Shown here piece after piece: positions 21,188-24,000 of a stretch of 24,000 bases of DNA. Position numbers and translations under genes: made by a program. Position 1 is the stretch's first letter, and each line of letters opens with the position of its first letter. The notes below the pieces were generated by a model that saw nothing but the letters and a program-made list of their open reading frames with translations, did no database searches and was not told the origin of the DNA. Source of the DNA: Methanosarcinales archaeon (lineage in GTDB: Archaea; Halobacteriota; Methanosarcinia; Methanosarcinales; Methanogasteraceae); the NCBI GenBank assembly GCA_030605805.1, contig JAUWHQ010000049.1, positions 6,863-30,862 of the forward strand. The letters are read 5' to 3'.

Positions 21188-22933
21188 ATGTACGCACGAA
21201 ACAACAACCTGAAACGGCTCGGAATGATCGCTGCGATATCGATCATCACGATTGCGTTTGCAGCGCAGGCATCGGCGGCAAATGACCCTGAAGTCAGCGT
21301 CTGCGTCCCGGATTGGACGACCACCGCGTTCGATGCGATCATAAAGATGGAGTATTTTGATGATGGTATAAAGGATCTGGAAGGGCAGTTTGATCTCTCT
21401 TTTGACACAGATGTTGTGGAGCTAAAAAGCGTCGAGGGCATGGAGATTAAAGATAAAAATGCAATAATAGAATGGGATTTTGTTGATGGTTCGGATAATA
21501 AGAAGATCTGGGTAGAATTCGTAATACCTGATGATACGGGTACTCGAACTTACGGAGAATTTGTAAAGATACAATTCAATTTAGTGGGAGATACGGGCGA
21601 TAGCAGCCTGCTGGACATAACAGGTGGGACTCTCGCATACACAGATGGAACCGCAGTGCCATCCGTAAAATGGACCGATGACACGGTTAACATAGGCAGT
21701 TTCGATGTTACGGTCAAGGCTCCCGAATCTGTCTCTACTGACACGTTCGACGCCGACATCGATATCACTGATGTCGTAGATCTTGAGTCAGGGAGTTTTA
21801 AGTTGTCGTTCAATTCGAGCGTGGTAAACGTGACCGATGTCAAACCTGGAAAAATCGGTGGAACAGAGATACCAATAGATATGTGGTGTTTCATGAAAAA
21901 CAACACAATCAGAGTGCTCTTCAATCTTCCTAGCGCAGAAAATGGTGTAAGCGGCTCCGGAACTATAGCAACAATAAGTTTCGCTGTGATCGGGGAAGAT
22001 GGTGACAGCAGCGTATTGGACATAGATAAATATCTAAAAGAGCATTTCACTAACCCAGAGACTGACAGACTGCCCATAAACTGGATCGACGCCACTGTAA
22101 CCATCGATAGTGCAGCGCCTCCGCCACCAAAAAAAACCGATACTTATGTTTATGTGAAAAACCTTGATGACGATAAATTAAATGTATTTCTCTTCATCGA
22201 TGGAGTTTTCAAGGTCAAAAGTTCAATCTTTTCCGTTTCAGCAGGCTCTACAAAAAAGTACGCCAATTATAAGTTGGAGGAAGGATTGCACAGTTTCAGA
22301 ATCGAATGGTACGATCTCGACACTGAAGAACGGTACGAAAAGATCGAAGAACACAACATAACAGGCGAAACGGCTCTTATTATTATCAACACAGTGGAGC
22401 ATACCGATGAGGATACCAGGATCAGCGCCCGTGTTTACGTGAAGAACAATGATGACGATTGTCTGGACGTCTATCTGTATATCGACGATGTATACAAGAA
22501 ATACGAACTCATCGAGTTTGATGATACCTGCGAGTATGAAAAGGAGGGATACGAGTTTGATGAAGATGGAGTGCACACTTTCAAGATAAAATGGCGTGAC
22601 CCGGATACAGAGGAGACGTATGAGAAGCTCACCAGAGAATACATAAAAACCGAGCAGTCGATAACGATGTATGTCGATCCACATACTGAAGATGATCTCA
22701 TCACCACCGCATCTATTCCCACATCATCCTCCGTCCCCCAGTCGTCCTCATCCACGTCAAGCCCTGCACCGGCTACATTGACCACGCCGATCACCGTGCT
22801 GCACACAGACCCGATCTCAGCCGGAGGCAACGACAACGGCGCAGGACAATCGCAATCGCAGTACCACCACCTGTATACGCTCGTGGGGGCTATCGCCATA
22901 CTCGTTGCAGCAACGCAGATCAGAAGAGATTGA
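21188..22933 (+). CDS. Membrane-anchored double-cohesin protein with two copies of an unrecognised ~94-aa acidic domain, a Ser/Thr/Pro stalk and a C-terminal anchor
   Basis: The signal peptide is LGMIAAISIITIAFAAQASA. The cohesin-like modules lie at 21290-21700 (divergent) and 21701-22111 (VKAPESVSTDTFDADIDITDVVDLESGSFKLSFNSSVVNVTDV...GVSGSGTIATISFAVIG). Tandem domains occupy 22136-22696. The C-terminus is HLYTLVGAIAILVAATQIRRD. Confidence 0.8.
   Translation: MYARNNNLKRLGMIAAISIITIAFAAQASAANDPEVSVCVPDWTTTAFDAIIKMEYFDDGIKDLEGQFDLSFDTDVVELKSVEGMEIKDKNAIIEWDFVDGSDNKKIWVEFVIPDDTGTRTYGEFVKIQFNLVGDTGDSSLLDITGGTLAYTDGTAVPSVKWTDDTVNIGSFDVTVKAPESVSTDTFDADIDITDVVDLESGSFKLSFNSSVVNVTDVKPGKIGGTEIPIDMWCFMKNNTIRVLFNLPSAENGVSGSGTIATISFAVIGEDGDSSVLDIDKYLKEHFTNPETDRLPINWIDATVTIDSAAPPPPKKTDTYVYVKNLDDDKLNVFLFIDGVFKVKSSIFSVSAGSTKKYANYKLEEGLHSFRIEWYDLDTEERYEKIEEHNITGETALIIINTVEHTDEDTRISARVYVKNNDDDCLDVYLYIDDVYKKYELIEFDDTCEYEKEGYEFDEDGVHTFKIKWRDPDTEETYEKLTREYIKTEQSITMYVDPHTEDDLITTASIPTSSSVPQSSSSTSSPAPATLTTPITVLHTDPISAGGNDNGAGQSQSQYHHLYTLVGAIAILVAATQIRRD
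22136..22696 (+). repeat. Two tandem copies of a ~94-aa domain (coding repeat) in the double-cohesin protein
   Basis: Copy 1 reads TDTYVYVKNLDDDKLNVFLFIDGVFK...GLHSFRIEWYDLDTEERYEKIEEHNITGETALIII. Copy 2 reads ARVYVKNNDDDCLDVYLYIDDVYK...GVHTFKIKWRDPDTEETYEKLTREYIKTEQSITMYV. Confidence 0.7.
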
Positions 22934-22946
22934 TACATTGATATAT

Positions 22947-24000
22947 ATGAAGATGAAGATACTTCTATCTTTTTTGTTGACCATACTGTGCATCCTGTGC
23001 CTCAGCACTGCCTGCGCTTACGATGAGGATGACCTTGAATGGGCGTGCGGCAAATCAAAGGAACTTCACCTCGGCGAAGGAATAACGTGCGGCAATTACA
23101 CGGTCGTGGCTTACAATTTCCCCCGGTCCGATCAAAAACAATTTGTTGGGATAAAACTGTATGAAAATAACATCCTGGTTGCTGATCAAATGCTGAAGGA
23201 GGGTGAAGATTACATCCACGATGATGAGATCCGGATAACGGCTCTTGAACTGTGGATGACCGATCAGGACTGGACAGATCTGCCAACTGACCAGTGGGCA
23301 AAGATCAGGATAGAACCAAGAGGCTTGCCGCGTTTTGAGGTGGAATTCGAGACTGAAAAGGATGAATATGAACCGTACTCATCCATTGAGGTGGATCTCA
23401 TCATCCAGAACATCGGAGATGCAAAAGCAGAGGACGTGAACGTCTATGTCGATGCAGAGACTCTTGAAACGTTTGAAATGATCCATGGAAAGACCAGATA
23501 CCATCGTTCTGAGATCGAAAAAGGGGAACTCTTTGACAGTAACATAGATACTGCAGCGTTTGATCCGATCACACTGCGATTTGGTGTGCCTTCGGTGATT
23601 GAGGATAGCGTACTCGACCTGACAATAAACATCGAGTACTATGATATAAAAGATACGAAATATTGTTATGCCATATCCTATCCAGTGAAGGTGCTCAGCA
23701 TGTTCAGCATCTCAAAATCAATAAATGATAATGTATACATGGATGAGATTGCCACAGTCACGGTAACGCTCCGAAATGGTGGTACACGTACGATCAACTC
23801 GATCAGGGTGAGCGACACCATGCTGTCCGAATTTGAGTTGAATGAAAACTCGTCACTAAAATGGGAACTGGATCTTGGAGCCGGCGAGTGCAGGAGTTTT
23901 ACATACTCGTTAAAGCCACTCCAGCCGAGCGAAGTGGGATACTTCCTTCCTCCTGCGATTGCGCAATGGAAGGAGGATGGCAGAACATATTCTGCGCGAT
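22947..24000 (+). CDS. Partial (5') secreted surface protein with CARDB / S-layer-domain-like beta-sandwich repeats
   Basis: It is absent from the ORF track because it runs off the window end. The frame is open from ATG 22947 to 24000. It starts MKMKILLSFLLTILCILCLSTACA|YDEDD. EPYSSIEVDLIIQNIGDAKAEDVNVYV and EIATVTVTLRNGGTRTINSIRVSD are CARDB/COG1361-like strand patterns. Confidence 0.65.
   Translation, partial: MKMKILLSFLLTILCILCLSTACAYDEDDLEWACGKSKELHLGEGITCGNYTVVAYNFPRSDQKQFVGIKLYENNILVADQMLKEGEDYIHDDEIRITALELWMTDQDWTDLPTDQWAKIRIEPRGLPRFEVEFETEKDEYEPYSSIEVDLIIQNIGDAKAEDVNVYVDAETLETFEMIHGKTRYHRSEIEKGELFDSNIDTAAFDPITLRFGVPSVIEDSVLDLTINIEYYDIKDTKYCYAISYPVKVLSMFSISKSINDNVYMDEIATVTVTLRNGGTRTINSIRVSDTMLSEFELNENSSLKWELDLGAGECRSFTYSLKPLQPSEVGYFLPPAIAQWKEDGRTYSAR

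Noticed and set aside
22947-23030. Lipobox in the N-terminus of the last ORF (…CLSTAC|A…)
   Set aside because: The residues before the Cys (S-T-A) fit the L-[AS]-[GA]-C lipobox consensus poorly, and several other Cys lie in the h-region. I cannot distinguish lipoprotein processing from ordinary signal peptidase cleavage.
20283-23632. Minus-strand ORFs opposite the cohesin genes and the terminal gene (20283-20606, 20796-21119, 21550-22104, 22238-22684, 22471-22938, 23002-23301, 23444-23632)
   Set aside because: The plus-strand frames encode signal peptides, cohesin-like modules, tandem domains and anchors. The antisense ORFs lack any motif or start context.

Overview
All recognisable genes in this 24-kb window (about 50% GC) lie on the + strand. 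BRE/TATA-like AAAGTTTTAAGT boxes, GGAGG ribosome-binding sites, GTGA/ATGA stop-start overlaps and NosD-type beta-helix surface proteins suggest a euryarchaeal, methanogen/Methanosarcinales-like accessory region; this taxonomic call is inference only. The contents fall into four groups. (1) Two metal-chelate (FecCD/BtuCD-type) ABC importer loci at 347-3452 and 8267-12269. Their substrate-binding proteins carry an N-terminal dockerin-like module directly after the signal peptide. (2) An islet at 3746-8071 with a PNPOx-like flavoprotein, two SAM methyltransferases, a cupin, an unlisted 42-aa Cys/His-rich ORF and an ABC-2 exporter. (3) A surface-protein block at 12512-24000. It holds a giant ORF of about 2200 aa with a dockerin, three cohesin-like modules and two long Cys-bearing parallel beta-helix arrays. 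It also holds two smaller cohesin proteins with stalk plus C-terminal anchor, and a partial CARDB/S-layer-like protein. (4) Many rearrangement scars: chimeric or truncated genes and frameshifts, mostly anchored in a five-times-repeated promoter/leader/signal-peptide/dockerin cassette. The main hypothesis is that a cohesin-dockerin docking system tethers ABC-importer binding proteins, and a giant adaptor protein, to the archaeal cell surface. Every family assignment comes from motif reading by eye. No database search was possible.
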